Counted from the first letter of the whole stretch, positions 40,006-53,292 are shown. The stretch is 62,966 nucleotides of DNA, filler included, from Octopus bimaculoides (GCF_001194135.2; 7 parts of 5 records of this genome joined end to end with filler, not necessarily neighbours in it), one strand, 5' to 3'. Translations and numbers: made by a program. The notes: a model not told the origin generated them from the sequence alone.

Positions 40006-41717
40006 ATACCACCATCACTAACTGGAGAATTGCGAGATATTATCACAGCTCCATCGGCAGATTCAACATATTCTTCAATCATAGAGGAAATTTTAAGACG
40101 AACCTCACTCTCTTCTGAAAAGAAGTTTCGAAAACTTCTTAACGACGAGCATTTAGGAGACCGAACACCATCGCAAATGCTCAGAAAAATGCGGCAGCTC
40201 ACAGAGAACAATCCTGCTGAAAGTAAGTCGCCAAAACAACTCTTTTTCAGATTACTACAGTAGGTTCAAGGTATTCTCGCCCATAACGTCTCACCGGCGT
40301 TAGCACAGTCAACCATCTTGCAGCATCAGCAGATAAAATTTGGGGGTATACAAAATCCACTCCAGAACAGAATAACTCTCCTTCGCCAGCTGCTACAGTT
40401 TCCTCTGAATTTAAGGAATTTCGTGAGTCTACGTGGAAGACTAAAGATAAGCTAGTCGTAGAAGTTCGTCTCTTGCGTATCAACAGAAGTTCTTCACCGT
40501 GTCGTTTTCATCGTTCTAATTCCCGTTTTCCTAACAGATCAAAACCTTTCTATTGATATCATTATAAGTTTGGTTCCGCAGCTAAGAAATGTATTTCACC
40601 TTGTAAATTTAAAAAGTCGAGACACAGTTAATCGGACTCGCACCTGTGTCGATTGTCAAAGATCCAAGGTACATAAACATATCCGTACACCGTTAGGTAC
40701 TGTCTCCACCCCAGATGCACGATTCCAGCACATACATGTTGATATAGTAAGACATTGGCGTGCGAGTCAGGGCTACACGTTTTTAATAACCTATATCGAC
40801 TGTTTTTTTCCCGCTGGTCAGAAGTCATTCCAAACACAAACATCTCTTCTCTAACTGTGGCACAAGCTTTAGTCACAGGATGGATTTCTCGTTTCGGAAC
40901 ACGTGTAAGAATAACAACAGACTGCAGATGTTAATTTGAAGCTAAACTTTTCCAGGAGCTTTCCAAGATTTTAGGAAGTAAACATCCACTCCACCAGTTA
41001 CCCACCACCTTCGAACGGTATGATCGAAATATTTCACCGGCAGCTTAAAGCTGCGTTGTGTACTTCTGCTGATTCATCTCGATGGATTGAATTTCTTCCT
41101 ATTTTTCTCTTGGGTCTCCGCTATTCTATCAAAGAAGACATTGGATATTATCCTGCAGAATTACTTTATGGTTCTTCCTTGACGCTGCCTGGTCAAATAA
41201 TTGTTCCTGCAAATACGCAAGAGATCGACACTACAAGTTTCACTGAACGCTTGCATGACTATATGTCAACGTTACCACATATGAACACTAAAAAACAAGA
41301 CATTAAAACATATTTACCGAAGAACTATTCTTCCTAAGCTCATGTTTTTGTCCGCAACGATGCTGTTAAACATCCTTTAACAGCACTGTATGCAGGACCC
41401 AACCGTGTGCTTTCTTGCACAGATAAAGTTTTCACCTTAGATCTCAACGCTCGTAAAGACACTATTTCTGTTGACAGACTAAAAAGGGCTCACATAGAAA
41501 AAACTATTTCCATCCCCACTACAGACAACACACACACACACACAGCATTACAAACGCGTCCTTTCACATACTATGACTATAAGAAGCGGTGCATTGGCCC
41601 AAGAATTTAACAAACATGTATTACATTTAAACTCTAATATTGTTTCTATATTTTGATATTTTATGATGTATATATTTTTGTTATTTTGATTATTGTATAC
41701 TGTTACCTCTGCCTGGG

Positions 41718-42231
41718 AGTAGCGGTATAGGTAGATAGATAGTTGAATGATCTCCCTTGCAAGAAAGATCAGAGAGTAACCTCCTTTCTCTTAGCTTCTC
41801 GAAGCATCGTTGTCACGAAACGTGATTCTTAATTGTTCAAGAAGCTTGGCGTTTCTCTTGGAAGTTTCTGGAATTTCTAGCGTTCCTTTAATAAAAACAG
41901 TTTGCTAACCCAGCTTTTTGCTTCTTAGTCGATTAGCCATTCCCATCGTTGCTATGTCCTATTTCTCTACGCTCCATAGCCGAGATGACTGAAAACCACC
42001 ACTTCGCTGTTGTTCTACCTTTCCTATCTCTGAACTTTCTTACATAAATTATTTCATTCAACTAGTTTCTACAATTTGATTTCATGTATTACCATCGATA
42101 GAAGAATTGAATATATTTTTATGTAGTAAATATATAGATCTTGAATTTATTCATTCATCTCTGTATGATCTCTTGTAATAACATGCACGTAGCCACATCA
42201 ACACCTTGTGCTGTCTATATATTTCACTACA
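41718..42231 (+). repeat. 3' LTR of Gypsy element
   Basis: Direct repeat of 38818-39343 ending CACTACA; first base(s) altered. Confidence 0.88.
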
Positions 42232-42559
42232 CTAAAATGGCAAGAGTGGATGGTACCACTCTCAGTGTAGACCTGTGAGTCGGAAGAAACAAGTTGGAGG
42301 GGGCACTCGTCCTTGGTATTCAGCGTGATCTTGGGTGGTATGGTTCCTTGACTATCTCTAGAGGACCCCATCACTATCACTTTTCCCCCTTTTCTTCTAG
42401 TGTCGTATGTTTTGTATATTTGCCTTCTTCTAGTGTATACCGTGTATACTGTTTTTTTTGTTTGTTTTTATTATTCCATCATGATGGAATAATAAAAATA
42501 ACTTTATGTCTTTGTATTGTCCCTCTCATCCTTTACCTTGGTGGCAAATAAAAGAAATC
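42232..42559 (+). mobile_element. Tx1 LINE 3' end resumed after the Gypsy insertion
   Basis: AKMARVDGTTLSVDL* continues WMKV from 38801-38813; UTR ends GGCAAATAAAAGAAATC then (ATT)n. Confidence 0.8.
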
Positions 42560-42576
42560 ATTATTATTATTATTAC

Positions 42577-42638
<62 letters not shown>

Positions 42639-42701
42639 TTGTCCTTAGATGTTTTTAATTGATATTGGCCCTTGTGGCCAATAAAACGAATTATTATTAT
42701 T

Positions 42702-42760
<59 letters not shown>

Positions 42761-42761
<1 letters not shown>

Positions 42762-43315
42762 GAATGAGAGAGCAGTGCATGCCATCAAAGTGACACTAGA
42801 GTAAAGTATACGAAGCCCAGTATACCCATCATGACTACCCGTCTGATAAGAGTATACCAGACGCGTGCATCACGACCATATATACGCCACATGGTGATCT
42901 CATATCAAGATAACCAGCGCATGACCTTGCAGGTGGGGCTCAGAATTTTCTTCAGGTCGAGTAGTTCATCCTGCTCAAATGGTCCTTGAATAAGCGTTGT
43001 TTAAGGATGTTGAATGAAACACCAATGTTTCCAGAGGTGAATTATTCAAACTCTAAAGAATTCCTCTCAACACATGGCTATGATGCTCCCCCAACACTTC
43101 TGCTCGTGATCAGAGATGCACATATTGTCAGTCACCAAAGGACATGCTCAACTGGTAAAGGTGAAGCAACTGACAAGCAAATCTGTGATATTGAGCAGAA
43201 TATTTGCTGTAGCCCATATTTTATACCAAGACAAAGCAATGTACATGATAACACTTCCAATCAGTTAAGATCAGAAGCCATGAGAGCCACTGCCTAGTAC
43301 TGCATCATGGCATTT

Positions 43316-43317
<2 letters not shown>
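42761..43317 (-). mobile_element. ~560-bp non-coding interspersed element, copy 1 (orientation inferred)
   Basis: Close match to 44257-44794; flanked by (TGT)n and (CAT)n. Confidence 0.75.
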
Positions 43318-43374
<57 letters not shown>

Positions 43375-43377
<3 letters not shown>

Positions 43378-44170
43378 TATATGAAAATCAGAGCTTATTA
43401 TGCTGGGTATGATAGAAAGTGTCAGCTGTCCACAGCCTGCAGACTAAGGTGACATTCATTTACTGGTCATGCTTCAAGAACCCTGCGAAGAATTCTTGCA
43501 GTTCCAAGCAATGCTGATTTTTGTACATGTTCTACCTTCACACTTGCACCAATCTTTTACAGCCATGCTGGTAGTTGAGTGTTGATACTTCCAAGTGCAC
43601 TAATTACTATTGGTATCATGTGTACTCTTTTCATTGACCACAACTTTCGTATTTCTCACTTCAAATCGTCATAGTTGTTTAATTTTTTCTTCTTTCACAT
43701 TGATCCTGTTGTCACCGGGGCACACTATGTCGATCATCATACATGTTCTTTCTTTTTTATTCACCACAATAATGTCCGGTTTCCGATGTCTGGTCGGGTG
43801 ATCGCACTGGATCATTGCATCCCACAAGATTTTGCAATTCTTATTCTCGGCGCCTCTTTCTGAAATTTACTCATACCACATCTTTGCTCTTTATAGGCCG
43901 TGATTTCTACAGGACTCCCAATGGATCATTCTGGCCACATTGTCATGGCGTCTTTTGTATTCAAGTTGTGCCAATTTTGGGCATTCGCTAATGATGTGCC
44001 ATACCGTTTCACCCCTCCCACTACACATTCTGCATTTGTCGCTATCAGTAATGTTGTCTATTCTGCACTTCATATAGTTTGTCCTTGACGCTTGCTCCAG
44101 AGTTGCGCATATGAGTGCTTCTGTCTCTACCTTCAGGTCACTCCTCCTCATCCATAGCCACCGGTCCTCT
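43375..44170 (-). mobile_element. R4/Dong-type LINE 3' fragment (CCHC finger + RLE)
   Basis: ETEALICATLEQASRTN, CRMCSGRGETVWHIISECPKLAQLEYKRRHDNVA, RKPDIIVV, KSALLGTARILRRVLE; (ATG)n tail. Confidence 0.88.
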
Positions 44171-44174
44171 GTTA

Positions 44175-44256
<82 letters not shown>

Positions 44257-44794
44257 TGAGTGAGAGAGCAGTGCATGGTATCAAAGTGACACTGGAGTAA
44301 AGTATACGAAGCCGTCTGATAAGGGTACACCAGGCACAAGCGTCACAACCATATGTGCGCGACATAGTGATTTCATATGAAGATAAACAGCGCATGACCT
44401 TGCATGTGGGGCCCAGGTAGAATTTTCTTCAGGTCGAGTAGCTCATCCTGCTCAGCAGGTCCCTGAATAAAGGTTGTTTAAGGATGTTGAAGAAAACACC
44501 CATTTTTCCAAAGCTGAGTTATCCAAACTCCAAAGAATTTCTCTCAACACATGGCTATGATGAGCCCCCACTAATTCTGCTCGTGATCAGGGATGCACAT
44601 ATCATCAGCCACCAAAGGACATGCTCAACCGATTAAAGTCAAGTAAATGACAAGCAAATCTGTAGTATTGAGCAGAATATTTGCTGTAGCCCATCTTTTA
44701 TACCAAGACAAAGCAATGTACATGATAACACTTCCAATCAGTTAAAATCAGAAGCCATGAGAGCCACTGCCTAGTACTGCATCAGGGCATTTAT
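44257..44794 (-). mobile_element. ~560-bp non-coding interspersed element, copy 2
   Basis: TGAGTGAGAGAGCAGTGCATG...GCCACTGCCTAGTACTGCATCAGGGCATTTAT; flanked by (CAT)n/(TAT)n. Confidence 0.75.
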
Positions 44795-44873
44795 AATTAT
44801 TGTTATTATTATTGTTGTTATCATCATCATCATCATCATCCTCATCCTCATCATCATCATCATCATCATTATT

Positions 44874-45950
44874 CGAGCAGGATAGCCAATCTCACCCAGA
44901 AATAAGCAGAGAGGAAGCTGTCCCTGAAAGGTCGGGTGGAGGTGGCGAATGCGTACGTTGCTTCCGTCATCTACTGTCACCTGACCGTCGTCCCTAGCCC
45001 TGTTTTGCGGTTGATCAAGCTGGAACGCTTGCTCTTCTGCTTTCTGCAGAGTTCTGTAGGGAATCAGTGGAGGGAAAGGGGAAGATATCCTCGGGAAAAC
45101 TCTCGATGTCGGGAGGAATCAATTAACTGGTCTTTTCCGGGGGACTTTCAGGCCGGACCCTATGGATAACTCTCATAAATTCCNNNNNNNNNNNNNNNNN
45201 NNNNNNNNNNNNNNNNNNNNNNNNNNNNNNNNNNNNNNNNNNNNNNNNNNNNNNNNNNNNNNNNNNNNNNNNNNNNNNNNNNNNNNNNNNNNNNNNNNNN
45301 NNNNNNNNNNNNNNNNNNNNNNNNNNNNNNNNNNNNNNNNNNNNNNNNNNNNNNNNNNNNNNNNNNNNNNNNNNNNNNNNNNNNNNNNNNNNNNNNNNNN
45401 NNNNNNNNNNNNNNNNNNNNNNNNNNNNNNNNNNNNNNNNNNNNNNNNNNNNNNNNNNNNNNNNNNNNNNNNNNNNNNNNNNNNNNNNNNNNNNNNNNNN
45501 NNNNNNNNNNNNNNNNNNNNNNNNNNNNNNNNNNNNNNNNNNNNNNNNNNNNNNNNNNNNNNNNNNNNNNNNNNNNNNNNNNNNNNNNNNNNNNNNNNNN
45601 NNNNNNNNNNNNNNNNNNNNNNNNNNNNNNNNNNNNNNNNNNNNNNNNNNNNNNNNNNNNNNNNNNNNNNNNNNNNNNNNNNNNNNNNNNNNNNNNNNNN
45701 NNNNNNNNNNNNNNNNNNNNNNNNNNNNNNNNNNNNNNNNNNNNNNNNNNNNNNNNNNNNNNNNNNNNNNNNNNNNNNNNNNNNNNNNNNNNNNNNNNNN
45801 NNNNNNNNNNNNNNNNNNNNNNNNNNNNNNNNNNNNNNNNNNNNNNNNNNNNNNNNNNNNNNNNNNNNNNNNNNNNNNNNNNNNNNNNNNNNNNNNNNNN
45901 NNNNNNNNNNNNNNNNNNNNNNNCGGCCCTTGTGGCCAATAAAGAAACGA
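44874..45950 (+). mobile_element. Tx1-family LINE fragment, internally deleted, mostly in N gap
   Basis: GAGAGGAAGCTGTCCCTGAAAGGTCGGG matches ~37820; jumps to sequence matching ~38310-38360; 3' end CCCTTGTGGCCAATAAAGAAACG then (ATT)n. Confidence 0.7.
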
Positions 45951-45988
45951 TTATTATTATTATTATTGTTATTATCATCATCATCATT

Positions 45989-46023
<35 letters not shown>

Positions 46024-46073
46024 TATTATTATTACTAGTGTATGACCCGTTGTTTTATACATGACAAGTAATA

Positions 46074-47356
46074 TTAGATCGTCAAGTATGAAATTTGTAG
46101 AAAAGAACAAAAGTTTGCTAATGTCTTATAAATACAAGGAATAGTTTTATTCATCAAAGTATGCACCCATATTGTCAATACACTTTTGCCATTTCAGCGG
46201 TAGCTTGTCCAGCTCGGAACTGTAAAAGCATGGCAATCTAGAGTCAATAAAATCTTGGAAGGCCTGTTTTACAGCATCGTTGGAATTAAATATTTTTGCT
46301 ATCAAAAAGTTATCCAAATTCAGGAAGAAGTGGTATTCAGTGGGGGAAGAATTAGGCGAGTATGGTGGATGATGGAGAACTTCCAACTTCAACTCCTGTA
46401 GTTTCGTTAATGTCATTTTTGCGATGTGTGGTATGGCGTTGTCTTGCAATAAAATAGGGGTGGATCTAGGCTGGGTTTTTTTTTTTTTTTGTAAGTTTCT
46501 GCATCATTTGGTCCAGTTGGTTGCAGTATACTTCGACCGTGATTGATGAGCCAGGTTTAATGAAATCATAATGGGTCACACCTGCGCCAGACCACCACAC
46601 ACGCACCATCAGCTTCTTTTGATGAATTTTGCTTTTTGGACTGTGTTTTGGTGGCTCGTCTTTGTCCAACCATTGTGCTGAATGTTTACGGTTGTTGTAT
46701 TGGATCCATTTCTCATCACATGTTATAATTTGATTCAAAAATGATTCATTTTTGTGACGAGAAAGTAGTATAATGCAGGCTTCTAAACGTTGCTGTTTCT
46801 GCTTTTCGTTGAGTTCATGTGGAACCCACTTATCCAACTTTTACAATTTACCGATTTGAATTAGGTGAGTCATTATTGTTTGCTTGCTAACACCAAACAA
46901 CAACGATAATTCACGGGCACTTTGACATGGATCTGACTCGACGGTGACTTTCAGTTCGTCATTATCCACCTTTGTTTCTGGTCAACTGCGTTGCTCATTT
47001 GTGAGGTCAAAGTTATCAGAACGAAATATTGCAAACCAATTTGATACTGTCTGCTGTGTAATAATATTAGAATGAAATACTCCATTAATATTCTGAGCTG
47101 TCTGTGATGCTGTATTTCCAAGAAAGAACGCATATTTCAAAACTATTCGAATTTCCGACTTAGTCATCTCTAAAAAAAATATCAAAAAGCGATTTACAAA
47201 TACTTTATAAAGCACAAAATGAGTTAGAATAACGAAATAGACGTGTCAGCTTTCTAACAAAAAATAAAAATTGTCAAAATATAATAATGGCGCAAATTGA
47301 GCAGCTTTCAAAGTTTACCACATACCTTACTACAAATTTCATACTTGACGACCTAA
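46074..47356 (-). mobile_element. Mariner transposon (cecropia/Hsmar1-like), full length 1283 bp, frameshifted
   Basis: 27-bp TIRs TTAG(A/G)TCGTCAAGTATGAAATTTGTAG with TA on both sides; WVPHEL, TCDEKW, QDNAIPH, HPPYSP. Confidence 0.92.
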
Positions 47357-47699
47357 TACTTTGTATCATTGAGATATAGGTATATATTCGAGAAAAAATT
47401 AGGTAAAAGAAGATAAAACGATATTGAAATAAAGAAACATTTAATAGACCAAAAGACATATTTGGTTTTTAACCGCTTTTATTTATTATTATTTATTATT
47501 ATTTATCATACATTATTTGTGATACAGTTCCACCAGTTGACCCTCACGATCTTTCCGAGGCACCTTTGATGGAATACATTTAGTTTTCTATCTGCCCTTA
47601 CATTACTCTTCCAAGTTTTTCTGGCACAGATTGCAATAGGAAGAATGATGGAAATAAGTGCTAATGTTTGAGGTTGCCCAGATGGAACACATATGCTAG

Positions 47700-47900
47700 A
47701 ACACTACAGCCACCTTTCTAACAACACTGCCCAGGCAGGTGAATTCTACTTCTATCGTAAGCTGGTTGACATTGATAGCTGCTTCTTGGTCCATAGTATT
47801 GCCCACTTTCATCACTTTCATTTTCGTTGTGTTGATCCCTAGCCCGATCTTCGATACATTTTGTTGCTGTGGCATTATTAATTCTTACAGGTCTCCACTG
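47700..47900 (-). mobile_element. LINE RT fragment (RTE-like)
   Basis: SKIGLGINTTKMKVMK...EVEFTCLGSVV. Confidence 0.55.
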
Positions 47901-48184
47901 TTTCCTGCTGTCAGTAGAGTAGCCTTCCAAAATGACATGCATAACTGTTGATTAATCTATTACCTAAAGACTTTGTACTTTACATCTAATAGTAAAATGT
48001 TACTGATTACATAAATATTACGTCAATGTAATAACGTGCGTAATCTGGCCGAAAATGATGTATCGTAATATATATATATATATANNNNNNNNNNNNNNNN
48101 NNNNNNNNNNNNNNNNNNNNNNNNNNNNTTAATTAATTAANNNNNNNNNNNNNNNNNNNNNNNNNNNNNNNNNNNNNNNNNNNN

Positions 48185-48267
<83 letters not shown>

Positions 48268-49030
48268 ACACATATATATAAATGAAAATATAACGTATAT
48301 GTAGTGTGTATGTATATATATACATATATATAGTTATATTGTTATATATATGTGATCTCCGTCTCTTGCCTGTGTATGTGCATGCATAAATGTCCCTATA
48401 TATGTGCATGTATATACATATGTATGTATGTATATATATATATATATACATAAACATACATGTTTTCATATGTGTACTATACTGTATTTGCCCTTGTGCT
48501 TGTGTTTATTTGTACACGAATCTCGTTTCCCTCCTATATAACACCTCAGTTAATTCAACTCCATACCATAACAAAGTTTTCTCCTTTCAATCCCTCACAC
48601 CTCTTCATCTACATTCCTCGATTCATTATTTAATCACTTACTGAAACACTTCTTTTTCCATTCAGTGTTTGTTACGTCACTCTCTAATTCTGTTACCGCC
48701 TTCCTCTTTCCGTCTCATTTTGTGTCCTCTCCCTTCTCCCTCTCACTGTGCTTTTCTCGTGTCTCTACATTTCTCTTTACTCTTCTCTTTAAAAGCGAAT
48801 TCCAAGGACGTGGTACACATGAGTTATTTTCCCTGACTTATAACACCTTCGAATTTCAATTTTTTCTACTTACAATTATTCCTATAATTACTTGTCTGTG
48901 CTTATACTTATGAATTTTCCCACCGAATGCCACTAAATACCTCCTCTCCAATTTTTCTTCTTCATTACAATTCACCTTTATAGATTGCTTCTTTACTTTC
49001 TGGAGGAGTAATCTCAATCCTATAAATATT

Positions 49031-49132
<102 letters not shown>

Positions 49133-49169
49133 TTTTAATTTGAAAAACCCAGAGCCTGCCTCATGATAA

Positions 49170-49545
49170 AAACTGGTGAGAACACAAACCATATCCAGTG
49201 CTTGAAAATGATAATATCTCATTTCTCTGAAACTTCACACTTCAAACTGGGAGAAAGATAGATGCGAATAGGCCAGACATTATATTGAAAGACTTCAGAC
49301 AAAAATCATGCCTCCTCATTGATATGACTGTCCCAATCGATATAAACGTATCTGTGAAGACCTTCCAAAAGCTGAGCAAGTATAAAGATCTTGAAATAGA
49401 AATAGGCAAAATGTGGAAAAGAAAAAACAGCTTTTATGGGCACAGCGCACGCCTTAAGGAAAGTATTATCTGTCCGAGGTCCTTGCTGTGACTTGACAGA
49501 GGACTAGAGACGTCGGTACATTTTTACCTACACCGTGTTACGAAG

Positions 49546-49548
<3 letters not shown>
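49170..49548 (+). mobile_element. R4/Dong-type LINE 3' fragment with internal deletion, between two (AAT)n arrays
   Basis: DANRPDIILKD...LSKYKDLEIEIGKMW; GTAHALRKVLS; (AAT)n tail from ~49549. Confidence 0.8.
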
Positions 49549-49631
<83 letters not shown>

Positions 49632-50031
49632 TTAATAATAATAATAATAATAATAGTAACGATACCAAAATAAAGCCGAAAGCTACTAATAATGCGTGGG
49701 TGGGTATAGTGGGCAGATTTTACAGCGGTATTTAAATATTTCTAGAAAGAATTAGTTGTTGTTCTCTGCAGTGTAATGCGATGTGAATCTACAGAAGCAG
49801 ATAATTTATTCTCGATACAGAATGATATATAAGCAACCTGTACACGAAGGCCTGTAATTTTCTCACTAAACGCAAACTGATGATAACCAATCATTTCGAA
49901 TCGCCATGCAATGCTTTTAGCATTTAGAATCGTGTATTATGTAGTCAAAGTTAAGAACTAATTATTTCACACGAAGTACTTTCCTATTTGTGTATGTATA
50001 TACGCATGAAAGTATGTAAACGTGTATGTAT

Positions 50032-50084
<53 letters not shown>

Positions 50085-50099
50085 CACACATACATTGAC

Positions 50100-50138
<39 letters not shown>

Positions 50139-50453
50139 TACATTGATATATATATATGTCTTTGTATGTAGAGTAAATACGTAGTACATACGCATGTATG
50201 TATGTATGCATGTATATATATATATATGTATGTATGTATATGTACGTTTAGCTTGGCACAGGAAAAAACTACGCATTGCATGCAAAATAGTTTGTTTATT
50301 CCGTTAGAGGCTAAAACGTTTTGATTCACCCAACCTGAAAATTACCGATACCATATAAATACATACATGCAAACATACACACACATTCATACGTACATGC
50401 ATACATACATATATATATATACACACACACATATATACTCACTCACACACACG

Positions 50454-50489
<36 letters not shown>

Positions 50490-52198
50490 CATACGCACAG
50501 GCATAGTACAATAATACGATTATAGAAATAATAACAGAATTTAATGGAGTTAGTTGTTCGAAATACCTCCTGAAATTGCTGTAGAAATATTTGCAAGTTT
50601 TCCAGAATTTCGATTTTTTTCTTGATTATTGCCAAAGTTAAACTGGCATCCTTTGCTGTAAATAAGGTTCACACAATCTCAAGTCATTAATGTCGAAATT
50701 ATGTGTATTATTTAATACATTAATTGGTTTTACAGATAGTAATATCACACTCCGTCAAAATCCCCTTGTTGCTGGATAGGGAGTCACACGTCTCTCTCTG
50801 AAAATATGTAATGTGAGTGATTGTGTTGTTAGGATTTTTTCCCCGTTAGACCAAGATAGGTTTTTCTGTCTCTAATATCTTCAAGGGAGATCTTGTAACA
50901 TCGGGCCAAACATTTAAACTATAGGGTGTATCTTACCATATAATATTTCGTATCATATTCTTGATTGTGAATATTAACATGCTTAAGAATATTGTATATT
51001 TTATCTTTCAATGCATCATTAAAATATTGAACAATAAGTTTAAGCAATTTCTCATCAGAGCAAATGTAGAATATGTACATAATTATAATTTGCTCATTAA
51101 ATTTAATTTAATAGCTGCATTTACCATCTCTTCGATATGGAATTGTTTGTACTTAGATTTGTATGTGCTGCGGTCTTTCAATTCGTTTGAATATGAGAAA
51201 AAAACTTAAGCAAATATGTTTTTTGGTAATTTTACTTTGCAAAACAAATAGTCAGACATAACGGAACGACCGGAATTCTACATAGAGGAACTTCATTGGA
51301 AGTGTAAGATATCTTATTTTATTAATTGAAATCGTTCAGTTTCCTAACAAAATCCCATAGCTACATCAAAGACCTCCTACCCATTATGTTAAACCCGAAA
51401 AGAATTATCGAAATACAACGAAGATTACTAGTTATGCGTAATGACATTAATGTCCAAATTAGAATAACACTTCTACGGAATTTTATTGCTTTTAAAGAAC
51501 AGATTTCGTCATTTGCAGATAATGATCTACAACATTGATTCGCCTAAATTTTCAAACGTGCTTATTACTTATGTTATTGAACCGATTCACAACAGAGGAA
51601 CAGAAGAAATATGAACTGCTTAATGAGGAAAATAGTAGCATTTAAAGGCTTTTATATTGATCATACTTACCTCACCTTTTCTCGAATTTATTAATCAGCA
51701 TTTCAGGTTGGTAATAAAATTATGTTTATGATCTTTAAATGTAATGTATAGGTAATGCTATGTTGACTCATCTACACTCACATCTGTTTTTAGATTCGTA
51801 GTAATTTTTCTCCCTCCAATATTCATGACAAAGAAAATACTAAAAATACTACAACTGCTTTGGTGATAAATATTACGAAATTTTTGAACATTGTGGTTCA
51901 TGCGACCATCAGGTTCTGGCTTTGCTCGAAGAAACGTGGATGTGTTTGAGATTTTGGAATATTTGTGCGGAACGTTACGAAATTTTAGATGTTTATACAA
52001 ACAACATACTATATTATGAAAATATTTACACTTAACAATTCACTTGAATGTTTAATTTACACATAATGGATTCAAAATAGCATCGGTCACCAACCATTTT
52101 GGCATCGCAGACTGCTTTTCTTCCACAAACAGGGAGATCATGTGCATAAAGAAACATAATAGGGTGAATAAGATATAATTTAATCACACACACACGCA

Positions 52199-52260
<62 letters not shown>

Positions 52261-52360
52261 NNNNNNNNNNNNNNNNNNNNNNNNNNNNNNNNNNNNNNNN
52301 NNNNTTAATTAATTAANNNNNNNNNNNNNNNNNNNNNNNNNNNNNNNNNNNNNNNNNNNN

Positions 52361-52700
52361 ATGATGCTGCTACACCAGTCATTGGGTATGACTCCTTCAT
52401 GTATCACCTGGTTTGTAATACGGGTGACTAGGCTATAGCCAACACTGCCAGATATTTTGAGCATCTCTGCAGTGATTCCTGATGGGCCGGGGGCTTTCCC
52501 GGTCTTCATACTCTTAATTGCTTTATCTACCCTGGTACTATCAACTCGGATAGCTGGTCCCTCTATTGGGTCGACATACGGCAGGCTCTCTTTCTCCCAT
52601 TCATTCTCTTTATTAAGCAATCTATCGTAGTGGCATCTCCAGACCTCTTTCTTTGCATCCTCATTTAATGCAAGCGTACCATCATCCATGCGAACACATT
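52361..52700 (-). mobile_element. RTE-clade LINE fragment (pre-RT region)
   Basis: VWRCHYDRLLN...AIKSMKTGKAPGPSGITAEMLK...IPNDWCSSI. Confidence 0.85.
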
Positions 52701-52956
52701 TCTCTCCTACAACATCACTATTCTCTCTCCTACACTGTCTTGCAGTGTAAAAGAGAGAGATAAATGAAGTTGAAAATGCACAGAGAGTATATATGAAGAT
52801 TTATTTAAATTAAAATTAATACATTTTACAGGTTTCACTCTCGAACGATTTTCAAAAGTGTAAATTTTGAGGAACATGGAACTGTGTCTCAAACTGAATT
52901 GTTTCTGCAATTTGGTTCAGTTTACAGATATGAAACCTGTTAAGTGTATTAATTTT

Positions 52957-53127
52957 AATATTTTATAAGCTTAAAGCTTATAAGCACTCACCATGCAATG
53001 ACTAAAGAAAATAGCCTAATATTGGGGCATACAAACCCTTGACGGAATGAAGTAGGGTTACAAGAACTCTGCTTTTTTTCCATCATTGCATGGTGATTGC
53101 TTATAAGCTTTAAGCTTATAAAATATT
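52957..53127. mobile_element. MITE-like hairpin: 45-bp inverted arms, 81-bp spacer
   Basis: 52957-53001 and 53083-53127 are reverse complements with one mismatch. Confidence 0.7.
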
Positions 53128-53256
53128 ATTATTTACAGAGGTGTATAAATCAACACTGCTTACCAAAAACCATCGTATTTATTTTAATTCAAATAATCTT
53201 CATTTAAACTCTCTGCATGTTCACCTTCATTTATTTCTTTCATATGCATACATACA

Positions 53257-53292
<36 letters not shown>

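Larger units (their letters stand above)
38818..42231 (+). mobile_element. Gypsy LTR retrotransposon, internally deleted (gag + integrase only), both LTRs present
   Basis: LTRs ending CACTACA; PBS-like TGGTGACC at 39349; gag LGDRTPSQMLRKMRQL; IN CVDCQRSKVH, FQHIHVDIV, FHRQLKAAL, YAGP; 4-bp TSD TTAA/CTAA. Confidence 0.9.

Noticed and set aside
51300-51560. Possible Tc1/mariner C-terminal remnant (...NFIAFKEQISSFADNDLQH*)
   Set aside because: Too decayed; no catalytic motif or TIR could be confirmed
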